A DNA stretch of 64,000 nucleotides from Pseudomonadota bacterium (GCA_963204785.1 CAUJHG010000045.1:36185-100184); one strand, 5' to 3'. Positions 48,069-58,563 are shown, counted from the first letter of the stretch. A program made the numbers and translations. The notes: generated by a model from the sequence alone, not told the origin.

Positions 48069-48983
48069 TCAGGCTGCGCGGTAGACCCCGCCTTTCTCGC
48101 GGACCGCGCCGCCTGCCAGCAGCTCCTCGAGGTGCTGGGAGATCGAGCGCCGTTCGCAGTCGTCGACCCACAGTTCCTGGTAATCGGGCGGGTACACCAT
48201 CCGCGCCCTGACCAGCTGCTCGAGCGTCTTCGGGGACTCGTCGAGCAGCTCGAGCAGCCGCTGGCTGCGCTGATCGATCTTCGCGGCGAAGGCGGCGAGG
48301 TCGCGCAGGAAGCGGTCCCGGTCGGTGTAGACGCCACGGTGATGCGAGGTCACCCAGACCCGGGCGGGAATCTCCGGCAGCCGGGCCAGCGTGCGCCGGA
48401 AGTCCGCCAGGTTCGACGATGCGTCACCGTAATAGGGCCCGAAGCTGCTGAGGTCGATGTCGCCGATGAAGGCCACGCCCTCGGGCTCGACCACCAGCAC
48501 CGTGTGCCCGGCAGTGTGCCCGGGCATGTGCCAGGCCCGCACCCGCGAGCGTCCGAGCTCCCACACTGCCCCGTCGACATAGCCGGTCGCATCCGGACGG
48601 GGGGCGTAGAAGAACTGCTGCTGGAACTTTGCGAGCATCTCCGCGCGCCGCTCGGCGGGGGTGCCGTAGGCATCGGCCAGCCCCTCCCAGCTGCGGGCCG
48701 CGGCAAGGTCGAGTTCATGGACGTGGACCTCGGCCCGCGGCAGGCGATGCAGCCCGGCCATGTGGTCCTCGTGGACGTGGCCCATGACCACCAGTTCGGT
48801 GGCGTCGAACTCCGCACCGATGTGGTTGGAGACGATCGGCGTGTCGAAGGCGACGAGGGTGTCCGAGCCGCGCACCATCACCTGGTTGCCGTCGGGATAC
48901 TTGCCGTTCTTGTCGCCGAAGTGGACCGAGACGCGACCGAAGTCGGCGCGCTGGATCTGATGGGTCTGCAGGATTGCGTTCAT
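48069..48983 (-). CDS. MBL-fold metallo-hydrolase
   Basis: HVHEDH, PGHTAGH, IGD, SHH. Confidence 0.88.
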   Translation of the reverse strand: MNAILQTHQIQRADFGRVSVHFGDKNGKYPDGNQVMVRGSDTLVAFDTPIVSNHIGAEFDATELVVMGHVHEDHMAGLHRLPRAEVHVHELDLAAARSWEGLADAYGTPAERRAEMLAKFQQQFFYAPRPDATGYVDGAVWELGRSRVRAWHMPGHTAGHTVLVVEPEGVAFIGDIDLSSFGPYYGDASSNLADFRRTLARLPEIPARVWVTSHHRGVYTDRDRFLRDLAAFAAKIDQRSQRLLELLDESPKTLEQLVRARMVYPPDYQELWVDDCERRSISQHLEELLAGGAVREKGGVYRAA

Positions 48984-49018
48984 CCGGCAATGCTACCGTG
49001 TCGGGCCCGAGCCTGCGC

Positions 49019-50659
49019 TCAGCCGCGTTCCGACTCCAGTCGCCGACGGATGTCTTCGCGCAGCAGGTCCTTGCGGATCTTGCCCGAGGCGGTGCGCGGC
49101 AACTGCTCGACCAGCACCAGTCGCTCCGGGTGCTTCTGGCGGGCGACCCCGGCGGATTCGGCCAGCTGGAGCAGATCCTCGAGGGCCAGGCTCGCGCCCG
49201 GACGGGGAATCGCGTAGGCGCAGACGGTCTCGCCGAGCCGCGGATGGGGCATCGACACCACGGCAGCCTCCTGCACTGCCGGGTGCGTGTGGATCAGGTC
49301 CTCGACTTCCTTGGCGCTGATCTTCTCGCCGCCCCGGTTGACGAGATCCTTCTTGCGCCCGGTGATCACCACCGTGCCCTGTGCGCTCACATGGCCGAGA
49401 TCTCCGGTGTGGAAGAACCCGTCGGGGTCGAAGCTCTCGGCGGTCTGCTCGGGATCGGCGTAGCCGAGGAAGAGCGCGGGCCCGCGGGCGCAGATCTCGC
49501 CTTCGGCGCCGGCCGCAAGCCTGCGCCCCGCGTCGTCGGTGACGATCACCTCGTAGTCGACGATCTGCCCGTCGGTGTCGGCGGCGAGATCGCGCTCGTC
49601 GTCGCCGAGGAAGCCCAGGGTGATGAAGGGCGCCTCGCTCGAGCCGTAGACGCGGAAGGCGCGGCAGTTCTCGAGCACCTCGTGCGCGCGCCGGATCAGC
49701 TCCGGCGGGACCGATGCGCCCCCGCAGGCGAAGACATGCAGCGAGGGCAGCCGCCGGCCCTGCGCCTGCGCCTGCGCAACCAGTTCCTGCAGGAAGGGCG
49801 TTGCGCTGACGGTGGCCCTGATGGCGTGACGCTCGATGATCCCGACCGCCTCGGCCGCATCCCATCGTTCCATCAGCACCGTGCGGGTGCCGCACTGGAA
49901 GGGAAGCTCGATGCCGCAGCCGTAGCCTGTTACGTGGGTCACCGGCGAGGCCATCAGGAAGGTCTCGCCCTCGCGGATTCCCCAGTGGCCGACTGCCGCC
50001 ACCAGCGCGCGCGCAAGCGTGTTGTGCGAATGCAGCACGCCCTTGGGCCGGCCGGTGGTTCCCGAGGTGTACATCAGGATCTTGACCGCATCGGGATCCA
50101 CGCGCGACAGCGCAGGTGCCGGCGCATCGGCGCCCAGCAGCGCCTCGTAGCTGTCGGTGTCGGGACGGGCGGCACGCACGCCCGCCACCAGCCGCAGCTC
50201 GGGCAGATGCGCAGCAAGCCGCCGGACCATCGCCATGTGATCGAAGCCCCTGAAGCTCTCCGGAACGAAGATCGCCTTCGCGCGGCAATCGGCCAGCGCC
50301 TGGCCGACTTCGGCGTCGCGGTAGATCGGCACGATCGGGTTGACCACGATCCCCAGCATCGCGCAGGCGAGGTCGATGACGATCGCCTCGTGCCAGTTCG
50401 GCAGCTGGAAGCTGACCACGTCGCCGGCACGAAGCCCGCGCGCAGCGAGCCCGGCGGCCAGTGCCCGTGCCTGTGCGAGCAGCGCGTCCACCCGGTGCTG
50501 CGCATCGCCCGTGACGTGGGTGATCCGGTCCGGTTCGCGCTCGGCGATCGCGAGGGCTGCCTGGAAGACGGTGCGATCCGGCCAGACGCCCTGCTCGACC
50601 CAGCGGCGTCGTGCCTGTTCGTCCAGGCGAACCTGCCAGCCGCCGATGTCGGCCTTCAT
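49019..50659 (-). CDS. AMP-binding acyl-CoA synthetase (cyclohexanecarboxylate/aryl-CoA ligase-like)
   Basis: YTSGTTGRPKG, YGSSE, FHTGDLG, GRKKDLVNRGGEKI, RTASGKI. Confidence 0.9.
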   Translation of the reverse strand: MKADIGGWQVRLDEQARRRWVEQGVWPDRTVFQAALAIAEREPDRITHVTGDAQHRVDALLAQARALAAGLAARGLRAGDVVSFQLPNWHEAIVIDLACAMLGIVVNPIVPIYRDAEVGQALADCRAKAIFVPESFRGFDHMAMVRRLAAHLPELRLVAGVRAARPDTDSYEALLGADAPAPALSRVDPDAVKILMYTSGTTGRPKGVLHSHNTLARALVAAVGHWGIREGETFLMASPVTHVTGYGCGIELPFQCGTRTVLMERWDAAEAVGIIERHAIRATVSATPFLQELVAQAQAQGRRLPSLHVFACGGASVPPELIRRAHEVLENCRAFRVYGSSEAPFITLGFLGDDERDLAADTDGQIVDYEVIVTDDAGRRLAAGAEGEICARGPALFLGYADPEQTAESFDPDGFFHTGDLGHVSAQGTVVITGRKKDLVNRGGEKISAKEVEDLIHTHPAVQEAAVVSMPHPRLGETVCAYAIPRPGASLALEDLLQLAESAGVARQKHPERLVLVEQLPRTASGKIRKDLLREDIRRRLESERG

Positions 50660-50666
50660 TGCGCGC

Positions 50667-51383
50667 CTACACTGCGAGGTAGCGGGTCTTGAGCTCGGGC
50701 CTGGCGTCGAACTCCGGCCAGCTCCCCGAGAAGACCACGCGCCCGCTGTCCAGCAGATAGACGTAGTCGGTGCAATGCCGCGCGAAGGACACGTTCTGTT
50801 CGGCCAGCAGGAGCGCCGCACCCTCGCGTTCGCGGATGCGCCGGACTTCCTCGGCGAGTTCCTGGACGATCAGCGGCGCCAGGCCTTCGGCAGGCTCGTC
50901 CAGCAGCATCAGCCGCGGGCGTGCGACGACGCCACGCGCCACTGCGACCAGTTGCTGCTGGCCGCCCGAGAGCTGGTAGCCCTGGCGCTCGATCAGCGGG
51001 GCGATCATCGGGAAGCGCTTGCAGATCTCGGCGACGCTCAGCGCCGTCACGCCACGCGGCGCGGCGTGCGCTGCGAGCTCGAGGTTCTGCGCGACCGTCA
51101 GGTGCGGGAAGATGCGCCGGTCCTCGGGCACGAGCATCAGGCCGAGCCGCGCGCGCTTCTCGGTGGGCAGCCCGGCCAGCGGCCGGCCAGCCAGTTCGAT
51201 GCGCCCCACCGCGCGCGGACCGGCGTCCATCACGCTCTTGAGCAGGGTCGACTTGCCTGCGCCATTGCGCCCGAGCAGCGCAACGCCCTGCCCTTGCCTG
51301 ACTTCGAGCCCCACCCCGAACAGCACGTGACTGTCGGCGTACCAGGCGTCCAGCCCTTCGATCTCCAGCAGCGCCTCACTCAT
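50667..51383 (-). CDS. ABC transporter ATP-binding protein (LivF-like)
   Basis: GRNGAGKS, LSGGQQQ, LLDEPAEGLAP. Confidence 0.92.
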   Translation of the reverse strand: MSEALLEIEGLDAWYADSHVLFGVGLEVRQGQGVALLGRNGAGKSTLLKSVMDAGPRAVGRIELAGRPLAGLPTEKRARLGLMLVPEDRRIFPHLTVAQNLELAAHAAPRGVTALSVAEICKRFPMIAPLIERQGYQLSGGQQQLVAVARGVVARPRLMLLDEPAEGLAPLIVQELAEEVRRIREREGAALLLAEQNVSFARHCTDYVYLLDSGRVVFSGSWPEFDARPELKTRYLAV

Positions 51384-52128
51384 GGCCGAGGTAGACCTCC
51401 CGGACCTTCGGATCGGCCCGCACCGCCTGGGGATCGCCGCTGGCGATCACGCGCCCGTAGTGGAGCACCGTGAGCTGCGTCGCCAGGCCGAACACGACGT
51501 CCATGTCGTGTTCGGTAAGCAGCAGCGCGATCCCGCGCTCGCGGGTCACCCGCGCCACGAGTTCGACCGACGCATGCCGGTCCGACTGGGACATCCCTGC
51601 GGTGGGTTCATCCAGCAGCAGCAGCTTCGGGCGCAGTGCCAGGGTCATTCCCAGTTCCAGGCGCTTGCGGTCGCCGTAGGCGAGCGCGCCCGCCTGTGCG
51701 CTGCGCTGGGCCGCCAGGCCGACGTCGGCCAGCAGCGCTTCCAGTTCGTCCTCGAGCGCACGCGGCGTGGCCAGCGACCAGCGCCCGCCACCGCCGCCGG
51801 CCGATTCGACTGCCACCAGCATGTTCTCCCGCACCGTCATCTGGGGAAAGACCCGTGCGACCTGGAAGGTGCGCCCGAAGCCCAGCCGGGTGCGCTTCCA
51901 GGCGGGCACGCGGGTGACGTCGACCCCGTCGAAGCGCACCGTTCCTGCAGCGGGAAAGATCTCTCCGCTGAGACTCTTGAACAGCGTGCTCTTGCCCGCG
52001 CCGTTGGGCCCGATCACCACGTGCGCCTGCCGCTCGCCGATCGTGATGTCGACGTCCTGCAGCACCGGGATGCGCCCGTAGCCGCGGGTGATGCCGCGCG
52101 CCTCCAGCAGCGGCCTGGCCTCAGCCAT
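51376..52128 (-). CDS. ABC transporter ATP-binding protein (LivG-like)
   Basis: GPNGAGKS, LAYGDRKRLE, LLDEPTAG, EHDM, VREVYLG. Confidence 0.92.
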   Translation of the reverse strand: MAEARPLLEARGITRGYGRIPVLQDVDITIGERQAHVVIGPNGAGKSTLFKSLSGEIFPAAGTVRFDGVDVTRVPAWKRTRLGFGRTFQVARVFPQMTVRENMLVAVESAGGGGGRWSLATPRALEDELEALLADVGLAAQRSAQAGALAYGDRKRLELGMTLALRPKLLLLDEPTAGMSQSDRHASVELVARVTRERGIALLLTEHDMDVVFGLATQLTVLHYGRVIASGDPQAVRADPKVREVYLGHE

Positions 52129-53125
52129 GTCCGGCTCCCCTGCTCGTGCCCGAGGCGGCCTCGCGCTCGCGCCGGCTCATGATCAGCCCCATCACCCCGC
52201 CCGGCAGCGCCAGCACGACGGCGAGCAGCATCGCTCCGGTGACGATGTCGGCCACGCCCACCATCGTGCGGGTCACGTAGAAGACCGCAGCGAGGATCGC
52301 CGCCCCGAGCCCGGCGCCCCAGAACGAGCCGCTGCCGCCCAGCAGCGTGTAGAGGATCGGGTTGGTGGAGTTGGTCCAGTGCGCCAGCTCCGGCGTCACG
52401 ATCTGCGACCACGGCCCGATCAGCGCTCCCGCCCAGGCGGTCATCGCGCCGGACACCACGAAGGCGAGCAGGCGGTGGCGCTGCACCGGGATCCCCAGGA
52501 AGGCGGCGCGCTGCGGGTCCTGCTTGATCGCGCGCAGCGTGCGACCGAAGCGGCCGTAGCTCAGGAACCAGAGCACCGCGACCATCGCGATGCACGCGAT
52601 CATCACGAAGTAGTAGTAGCTGTCGCCGCTGGCGAGGTCGAGCCGGATCGGGCCCAGTTCGATCAGCGGTCGGCGCACGCCGGCCAGGCCGTCGTTGCGG
52701 CCCAGCACGGTGCTCTTGGTGATCACGATGTTCAGCAGCGCCGCGAACGCGAGCGTGAGCACCGCGAAGTACACCCCTTCGGCCCGACGCAGGGCGACCA
52801 CTCCGACCAGCAGGGCGAGCAGGCCCCCGGCCAGGCCGGCCACCAGCCAGACCAGCAGGAAGGGCAGTTCGGGCAGGTGCACCGTCGCCGCGCCCAGCAG
52901 GTACGCGCCGGTGGCGTAGAACATCGCCTGCCCGAAACTGAGGATGCCGCTGGTGCCGAACAGCAGGTTGAAGGACATGCCGAAGACGACGTTGATCCAG
53001 AACACGCCGGCGATGAAGACCAGCCCTCGGTGCGCGACCTGGGGGAACAGCGCGCCGGCGACCAGCGCGGCGCAGAGCACTGCGATCATGCGCAGCAGTT
53101 CGGCGCGTGCCTGTTCGGGGGTCAT
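52121..53125 (-). CDS. Branched-chain amino acid-type ABC permease (LivM-like)
   Basis: SFNLLFG..GILSFGQA, GVYFAVLTLAF, LLGGSGSFWG. Confidence 0.9.
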   Translation of the reverse strand: MTPEQARAELLRMIAVLCAALVAGALFPQVAHRGLVFIAGVFWINVVFGMSFNLLFGTSGILSFGQAMFYATGAYLLGAATVHLPELPFLLVWLVAGLAGGLLALLVGVVALRRAEGVYFAVLTLAFAALLNIVITKSTVLGRNDGLAGVRRPLIELGPIRLDLASGDSYYYFVMIACIAMVAVLWFLSYGRFGRTLRAIKQDPQRAAFLGIPVQRHRLLAFVVSGAMTAWAGALIGPWSQIVTPELAHWTNSTNPILYTLLGGSGSFWGAGLGAAILAAVFYVTRTMVGVADIVTGAMLLAVVLALPGGVMGLIMSRREREAASGTSRGAGHG

Positions 53126-54012
53126 GCGAGCTGCTCCTTGCCGAACAGCCCCTGCGGCCGCACCAGGATGATCGCCACCATCGCCGCGAAGAACAGCAGC
53201 CCGGGAAGCTCGGGCAGCAGGTAGGAGCCGATCGACTCGAACAGGCCCAGCAGCAGCGCGGCCAGGAAGGCGCCGCGCACGCTTCCCATGCCGCCGACGA
53301 TGATCACGCCGAAGGCCTGGATGATGAAGACGCCGGCCAGTTCCGGCGAGAGGCTCTGGTTGGCCAGCAGCAGGCCGCCCGCGAGGCCGGCGAGCGCGAA
53401 GCCGATCAGCACCGTGAGCGCGAACACGAGCGTCACGTTCACTCCCAGCAGGCGCGCCGTCCAGGCGTCCATCGCGACCGCCTTGATCAGCCGGCCGACC
53501 CCAGTGCCGTTGAGCATCCACTCGATCAGCGCGTAGACCGCGACGCCTGCGGCGATCACGAACAGCGAGAACTGCGGGACGACGAAGTCACCGACCACCA
53601 GCGCACCGTCGAAACCCGTGGGCGGCGAGGCGCTGTGGTAGCCCAGGCCCCAGACCAGCTTGGTGCCGCCCTCGCAGACGAGCAGCAGCGCGTAGGTGGC
53701 GATCAGCACATAGGCGTCCTCGACCTGCCGAAGCCGCTTCAGGATGAACTGGTCGACCAGCACGCCGAGAGCGGCGACCAGCACCGCGCCCGCGGCCGCC
53801 GCGCCGAGGTAGGCCCACAGCGGGACTTCCCCGCCGAGCAGGCGCAGCGCCGAGAACGCCACGTAGGCACCGATCATGAAGAAGCCGCCGTGCGAGAAGT
53901 TCAGGATGTGGAGGATCCCGAAGATCAGCGTGAGTCCGGCGGCCACCAGGAAGGTGGACATCGCCCAGGTCAGACTGTTGACCAGGGCGGTGGCGAGCTC
54001 GGCGAGCGGCAT
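53122..54012 (-). CDS. Branched-chain amino acid-type ABC permease (LivH-like)
   Basis: AAGLTLIFG..NFSHG, IIVGGMGS. Confidence 0.9.
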   Translation of the reverse strand: MPLAELATALVNSLTWAMSTFLVAAGLTLIFGILHILNFSHGGFFMIGAYVAFSALRLLGGEVPLWAYLGAAAAGAVLVAALGVLVDQFILKRLRQVEDAYVLIATYALLLVCEGGTKLVWGLGYHSASPPTGFDGALVVGDFVVPQFSLFVIAAGVAVYALIEWMLNGTGVGRLIKAVAMDAWTARLLGVNVTLVFALTVLIGFALAGLAGGLLLANQSLSPELAGVFIIQAFGVIIVGGMGSVRGAFLAALLLGLFESIGSYLLPELPGLLFFAAMVAIILVRPQGLFGKEQLA

Positions 54013-54030
54013 CGTGGCTGCGGCTCGGGC

Positions 54031-55296
54031 TCAGGGCTTGCGCAGCTCGAGCTTCTGTCCCGGGCGCGGCGGGAAGATCACGCTCTTGCCGTCGACCTTC
54101 ACGTACTCCTTGACCGCATAGCCCTTCGCGTTGTCCGCGGGCTCGATGAAGACCAGCTCGGTGTCCTTGAGCGCCTGGTTGTCCTCGGGACGGATCGTGC
54201 GCTTGCCGGTGACCGTGTCCCAGGTCAGGCCCTTGAGGTTCGCGATGATCGATTTCGTCTCGAAGCTCTTGCCGTTCTCGATCGCGTGCTTGAGCGCATA
54301 GACGCCGGCGTGCGCCTCGGCCGCCCAGCCCAGGGGCTCGCTGTCTCCGGTCTTGGCGGTGTAGTCGGCGATGAACTGGTCGCTGATCGGGTTGCCCTTG
54401 TTGGCCGCCGGGTAGTAGTGCATTCCGGTCCACATCGGCGGCACCTGCTGCTTCATGCCACGCGCGATCAGGAACTCGTTGGCGGCATCGACGATCACCT
54501 TGTAGCGCTTGGTCAGCCCGAAGCCGCGCGCCTGCTGGAACATCGTGATCGCATCGCCACCGTAGGTGGAGTTGAACACCCCGTCGGCGGTCTGGCGCAG
54601 CGCCTGGGTGATCGAGTTGCGGTAGTCCGACACTCCGTAGGGCGTGATGATCGGGTCGAGGATCTCGGGCTTCTTGCCGGCGATCGCCGGGTAGTACTCG
54701 AGCAGCCCGTCGACGAAGATGCCCCACATCGTGCGGCCGTATTCGTGATCGGGGATCAGCCCGGTCCAGCGGGTGACGTTCGGGTAGCGCTGCGCCATCA
54801 GGCGGGCCTCGCCGCGCCCGCGCGTGTCGGGCGAGTCGCCAACGCGGAACACGTTCGGCGAATACGCCTCGTGGTTCATCTTCTCGGTGCCCGCGCCGGA
54901 GCTGACGAGCACCGCGTTCTCCTGCTGCATCACGGGAGCCAGCGCCAGCACCGTCGGGCTGGCGATGCTGCCCATGAACAGGTTCACGCCCGAGGCCAGC
55001 AGTTCGCGGGCCCCTGCCACTGCCGCGGCCGCATTGGCCTTGTCGTCGCGCATCTCCAGCACCACCTGGCGCCCGAGGATTCCGCCGTTCTTGTTGATCT
55101 GTTCGACGGCCACGATCGCGCCGTTCTTGGCGAAGCTGCCGAGGAATTCCTGGGGTCCGGACAGCGGCGTGATCAGGCCGATGCGGATCGGCCCGCTGCC
55201 CTGCGCCCACGCAGCGCCGGAGAGCCCGGTGAAGCTCGCTCCGGCCGCCGCCGCGGCTGCGCCCTTGATCAGATCGCGTCTCGTGTTGCGGGTCAT
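54031..55296 (-). CDS. Tat-exported ABC substrate-binding protein (Liv family)
   Basis: Twin-arginine signal TRRDLIK; IRIGLITPLSG, GGILGRQV. Confidence 0.88.
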   Translation of the reverse strand: MTRNTRRDLIKGAAAAAAGASFTGLSGAAWAQGSGPIRIGLITPLSGPQEFLGSFAKNGAIVAVEQINKNGGILGRQVVLEMRDDKANAAAAVAGARELLASGVNLFMGSIASPTVLALAPVMQQENAVLVSSGAGTEKMNHEAYSPNVFRVGDSPDTRGRGEARLMAQRYPNVTRWTGLIPDHEYGRTMWGIFVDGLLEYYPAIAGKKPEILDPIITPYGVSDYRNSITQALRQTADGVFNSTYGGDAITMFQQARGFGLTKRYKVIVDAANEFLIARGMKQQVPPMWTGMHYYPAANKGNPISDQFIADYTAKTGDSEPLGWAAEAHAGVYALKHAIENGKSFETKSIIANLKGLTWDTVTGKRTIRPEDNQALKDTELVFIEPADNAKGYAVKEYVKVDGKSVIFPPRPGQKLELRKP

Positions 55297-55416
55297 GTGA
55301 TTCTCCGTCTGCGTCGGTCGTCGGTGTCGGGTTCGCCCCGCGAAACTGCTGCGCTTCGCTTGCCCAGGCGAGCGGGTTGATCGGCGCACGTTAACCGTGC
55401 AAGGATTCGGGTGTCA

Positions 55417-55434
55417 ATCGAATGTCGATTCGAT
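55417..55434. promoter_or_regulatory. Inverted repeat, candidate TetR operator
   Basis: ATCGAAT-GTCG-ATTCGAT in the divergent promoter region between the SBP and TetR genes. Confidence 0.5.
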
Positions 55435-55490
55435 ATTCGGGTCGGGGACGATGCCTGTCCGGATCGCCCCCAGCTGCCGGAATGGAGAGG

Positions 55491-56816
55491 ATGCGCCCTT
55501 CCCCGATCCGCCGGATCGACCGGAACCGCCAGACACGTGCAGCCTTGCTGCGGGCGGCGCTGCGCGTGGTCCTGCGCCATGGCATCGCCGGCGCTTCGGT
55601 GCAGCGCATCACCGGGGCCTGCGGCATCGGGCAGGGCTCGCTCTACACCCATTTCGCCTCGCATCGGGAGCTGCTCGAGGAACTGCTGCCGCACGAGGGG
55701 ATCCTGCTGCTGCGCGCGCTCGGGCACAGCGTCGACCGCACGGCGGGGTTCTTCGGAAACGAGCGGCGCACCTTCGAGGCGCTGTTCGAGTACCTGCGCC
55801 GCAAGCCCTACTTCCTGCGCCTGCTCACCGAGGCGGAGATCGCAACCCCTCAGGGCTATCTGCAGCATGCGCGCAACATCGAGGACCGCTACCTGCGCGC
55901 CCTGCAGCGTGCGCGCGCCGCGGGCGAGGTGCGCGCGCTGCCCGACGAGGCCTACCGGATGATCGCGGGAGTGCTGTCCTCGTCGCGCGGCTACATCGGG
56001 ATCGGGCTGTGTGCGCACGATGCCCGCCGGCTCTTCCATCCGCCCCCGGTCGAAGCCTGGGTGTCGGCCGCCTACGTCCGCTTCGTGCGCTACGGGCTCG
56101 ACTGCGCGGATCGGCCGCGGGCGCCGCAGCCCTCGCCTGCCGCGCTCCAGATCGCCCGCGGGCCGGCTTCCGGGGAAGTCCGCATCGACACCCGCACCAG
56201 GATCCTCGAGGCGGCGGCCCGCCGGATGCACCGCGACGGCTATTCCGGCACCACCGTCTCGGGCATCTGCGCCGAGGCCGGGATCGCGGTCGGCACCTTC
56301 TACGGGCACTTCCAGTCCCGCGCGAAGATGTTCGACGCACTGATCGATCACGTGCGCAGGCGGATGCAGGCCGAGGTCCATGCGGCCACTGCCGGCAGCC
56401 GCGACGTCCTCGAACTGGAGCACCGCAGCTTCGACGCCTTCTTCGCGCACCTGCGGGCAAATCCCTGGTTCACGCGCATCGAGACCGCAGCGGCGGTGTG
56501 GGCGCCGCAGAGCTACATCCGGCACTTTCGCGAGATCGCCGCCGACTGGGTCGCGGCATTGCGCAGCTTCCGCGGGCGCGGCGAGCTCCGGATCTACGAG
56601 GACCGCGAACTCGAGGTGCTCGCGTGGATCCTGATGGCGGCCCGACACCATCTGGCCACCCGCTTCCTCCTCGATGGCGAGGAGATCCGCGAGCTGCCGG
56701 CCGACGTTCGCGCCGCCTGGTTCGACTTCGTCGGCAGCGGCCTCGCGCCCGAGGGCCCCGCGCGCCTCAGCCGCGCCTGCCGAGCAGCAGATCGGACGCT
56801 TTCTCCGCAATCATGA
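55491..56816 (+). CDS. Tandem double TetR/AcrR family regulator
   Basis: Two HTH modules: RAALLRAA...GIGQGSLYTHF and RILEAAA...GIAVGTFYGHF. Confidence 0.85.
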   Translation: MRPSPIRRIDRNRQTRAALLRAALRVVLRHGIAGASVQRITGACGIGQGSLYTHFASHRELLEELLPHEGILLLRALGHSVDRTAGFFGNERRTFEALFEYLRRKPYFLRLLTEAEIATPQGYLQHARNIEDRYLRALQRARAAGEVRALPDEAYRMIAGVLSSSRGYIGIGLCAHDARRLFHPPPVEAWVSAAYVRFVRYGLDCADRPRAPQPSPAALQIARGPASGEVRIDTRTRILEAAARRMHRDGYSGTTVSGICAEAGIAVGTFYGHFQSRAKMFDALIDHVRRRMQAEVHAATAGSRDVLELEHRSFDAFFAHLRANPWFTRIETAAAVWAPQSYIRHFREIAADWVAALRSFRGRGELRIYEDRELEVLAWILMAARHHLATRFLLDGEEIRELPADVRAAWFDFVGSGLAPEGPARLSRACRAADRTLSPQS

Positions 56817-58365
56817 TCGTCGGCGCATTGGTGTTGCCGCCGATCAGGTCCGGCATCACCGAGGCGTCGATCACCCGCAGCGATTCCAGCCCGTGCACCC
56901 TGAGCTCGGCATCCACCACTGCCGCCTCGTCGGCGCCCATCCGGCAACTGCCCACCGGGTGGTAGACGGTGTCGACACGGTTGCGCAGCAGTGTGCGCAC
57001 CTCGTCGTCGCTGGTGACTCCGGCGGTCCAGAGCTCCTGCTTGCGGTAGGGAGCGAGCGCCGGCGCCTCGAGGATCGAGCGCGTGATGTGGTAGCCGCGC
57101 ACCAGCCGCTCGACATCCTCCGGTTCGGCGAGGAAGGCCGGATCGATCAGCGGGTCGTCCAGCGGGTCGCGGCTGGCCAGGCGCAGGCTGCCGCGGCTGC
57201 GCGGGCGCAGCACGCAGACATGACAGGAGAAGCCCAGCGAGAAGTTCAGCTTGCGTGCGTGATCGACGACGATCGCGACCACGAAGTGCAACTGGATGTC
57301 CGGAACCGGCTCCTGCGCTGAGGTCTTCAGGAAGGCGCCGGCCTCGGCGAAGTTGCTGGTGAACATTCCCGCGCGCTGGCGCCTGAAGCGGCCGATCTCC
57401 TTGACCAGCCGCAGCACGCCGCGGAACTCGAAGCCGATCAGCTCGGTCGAGTCGGAGGTCCACCCGAAGACGAAGTCGGGATGGTCCTGGAGGTTCGCCC
57501 CGACGCCCGGCAGCGCGTGGACCACCGCGATCCCATGGCGAGCGAGTTCATCGGCCGGCCCCACGCCGGAGAGCAGCAGCAACTGCGGCGATCCGAAGGC
57601 GCCGCCGCACAGGAGCACCTCCCGGCGGGCGCGCACCACCTCGCGCCGCCCGGCCTGCAGGTATTCGACACCGACTGCGCGCCGGCCCTCGAACAGCACG
57701 CGCGTGGCATGTGCGCCCGTGCACACCTGCAGGTTCGCGCGTCCGCGCACCGGGTCGAGGTAGGCCTTGGCTGCGCTGCAGCGCAGTCCGTCGCGCTGGG
57801 TGACCTGGTAGTGGCCGACGCCTTCCTGCTGCGCACCGTTGAAGTCCGGGTTGCGCGCGTGCCCGCACTGCTCGCCCGCCTGCACGAAGGCTTCGGCGAC
57901 CGGGTTGCCGGTGCGCAGCGGTGACACGGTCAGCGGGCCGCCACGACCGTGGTAGGGGGCGCCGAAAACCTGGTTGTCCTCGGCGCGCAGGAAGTAGGGC
58001 AGCACTTCGTCCCAGCTCCAGCCGGGGTTGCCGGCCGAGGCCCAGCGGTCGTAGTCTTCCGGGACGCCACGGGCGTAGACCATCGCGTTGATCGAGCTCG
58101 ACCCGCCGAGCACCTTGCCCCGCGGCTGGTAGCCGCGCCGCCCGTTCAGCCCGGGCTGCGGCACCGTCTGGTAGGCCCAGTTGTGGAACTTGCGCGGCAG
58201 CGTCGCCACCGCGCCTGCGGGCAGTTGCACGAAGGGCGTGCGGTCGGAACCGCCCGCCTCGAGCAGCCGCACCGTGGAGTTGCCGTCGGCGGTGAGCCTG
58301 TTGGCGAGCACGCAGCCCGCCGAACCGGCCCCGACGACGATGTAGTCGACCTCAGCATCAGCCAT
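56767..58365 (-). CDS. GMC family oxidoreductase (choline/alcohol dehydrogenase-like)
   Basis: DYIVVGAGSAG, RGKVLGGSSSINAMVY, NLQDH, VYHPVGSC, GNTNAP. Confidence 0.93.
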   Translation of the reverse strand: MADAEVDYIVVGAGSAGCVLANRLTADGNSTVRLLEAGGSDRTPFVQLPAGAVATLPRKFHNWAYQTVPQPGLNGRRGYQPRGKVLGGSSSINAMVYARGVPEDYDRWASAGNPGWSWDEVLPYFLRAEDNQVFGAPYHGRGGPLTVSPLRTGNPVAEAFVQAGEQCGHARNPDFNGAQQEGVGHYQVTQRDGLRCSAAKAYLDPVRGRANLQVCTGAHATRVLFEGRRAVGVEYLQAGRREVVRARREVLLCGGAFGSPQLLLLSGVGPADELARHGIAVVHALPGVGANLQDHPDFVFGWTSDSTELIGFEFRGVLRLVKEIGRFRRQRAGMFTSNFAEAGAFLKTSAQEPVPDIQLHFVVAIVVDHARKLNFSLGFSCHVCVLRPRSRGSLRLASRDPLDDPLIDPAFLAEPEDVERLVRGYHITRSILEAPALAPYRKQELWTAGVTSDDEVRTLLRNRVDTVYHPVGSCRMGADEAAVVDAELRVHGLESLRVIDASVMPDLIGGNTNAPTIMIAEKASDLLLGRRG

Positions 58366-58563
58366 GACGCCCCCATGCGCGTGCCTGGAAACCCAGTATA
58401 GGGGGGCGCCGCGCTTGAATCGAGCCTCGCGCGGATGCTACTGTGCCGGCCCTGCCACGCGCTGCGGCCCCTGTCCCGGCGCCCTGCGCCCGGGCGGAGG
58501 GTGCAGGCAGCAGGCACGGGCGCCCTGCCCGGCCTCCCACCCCAGGAGCATCTCGCCGTTTCC

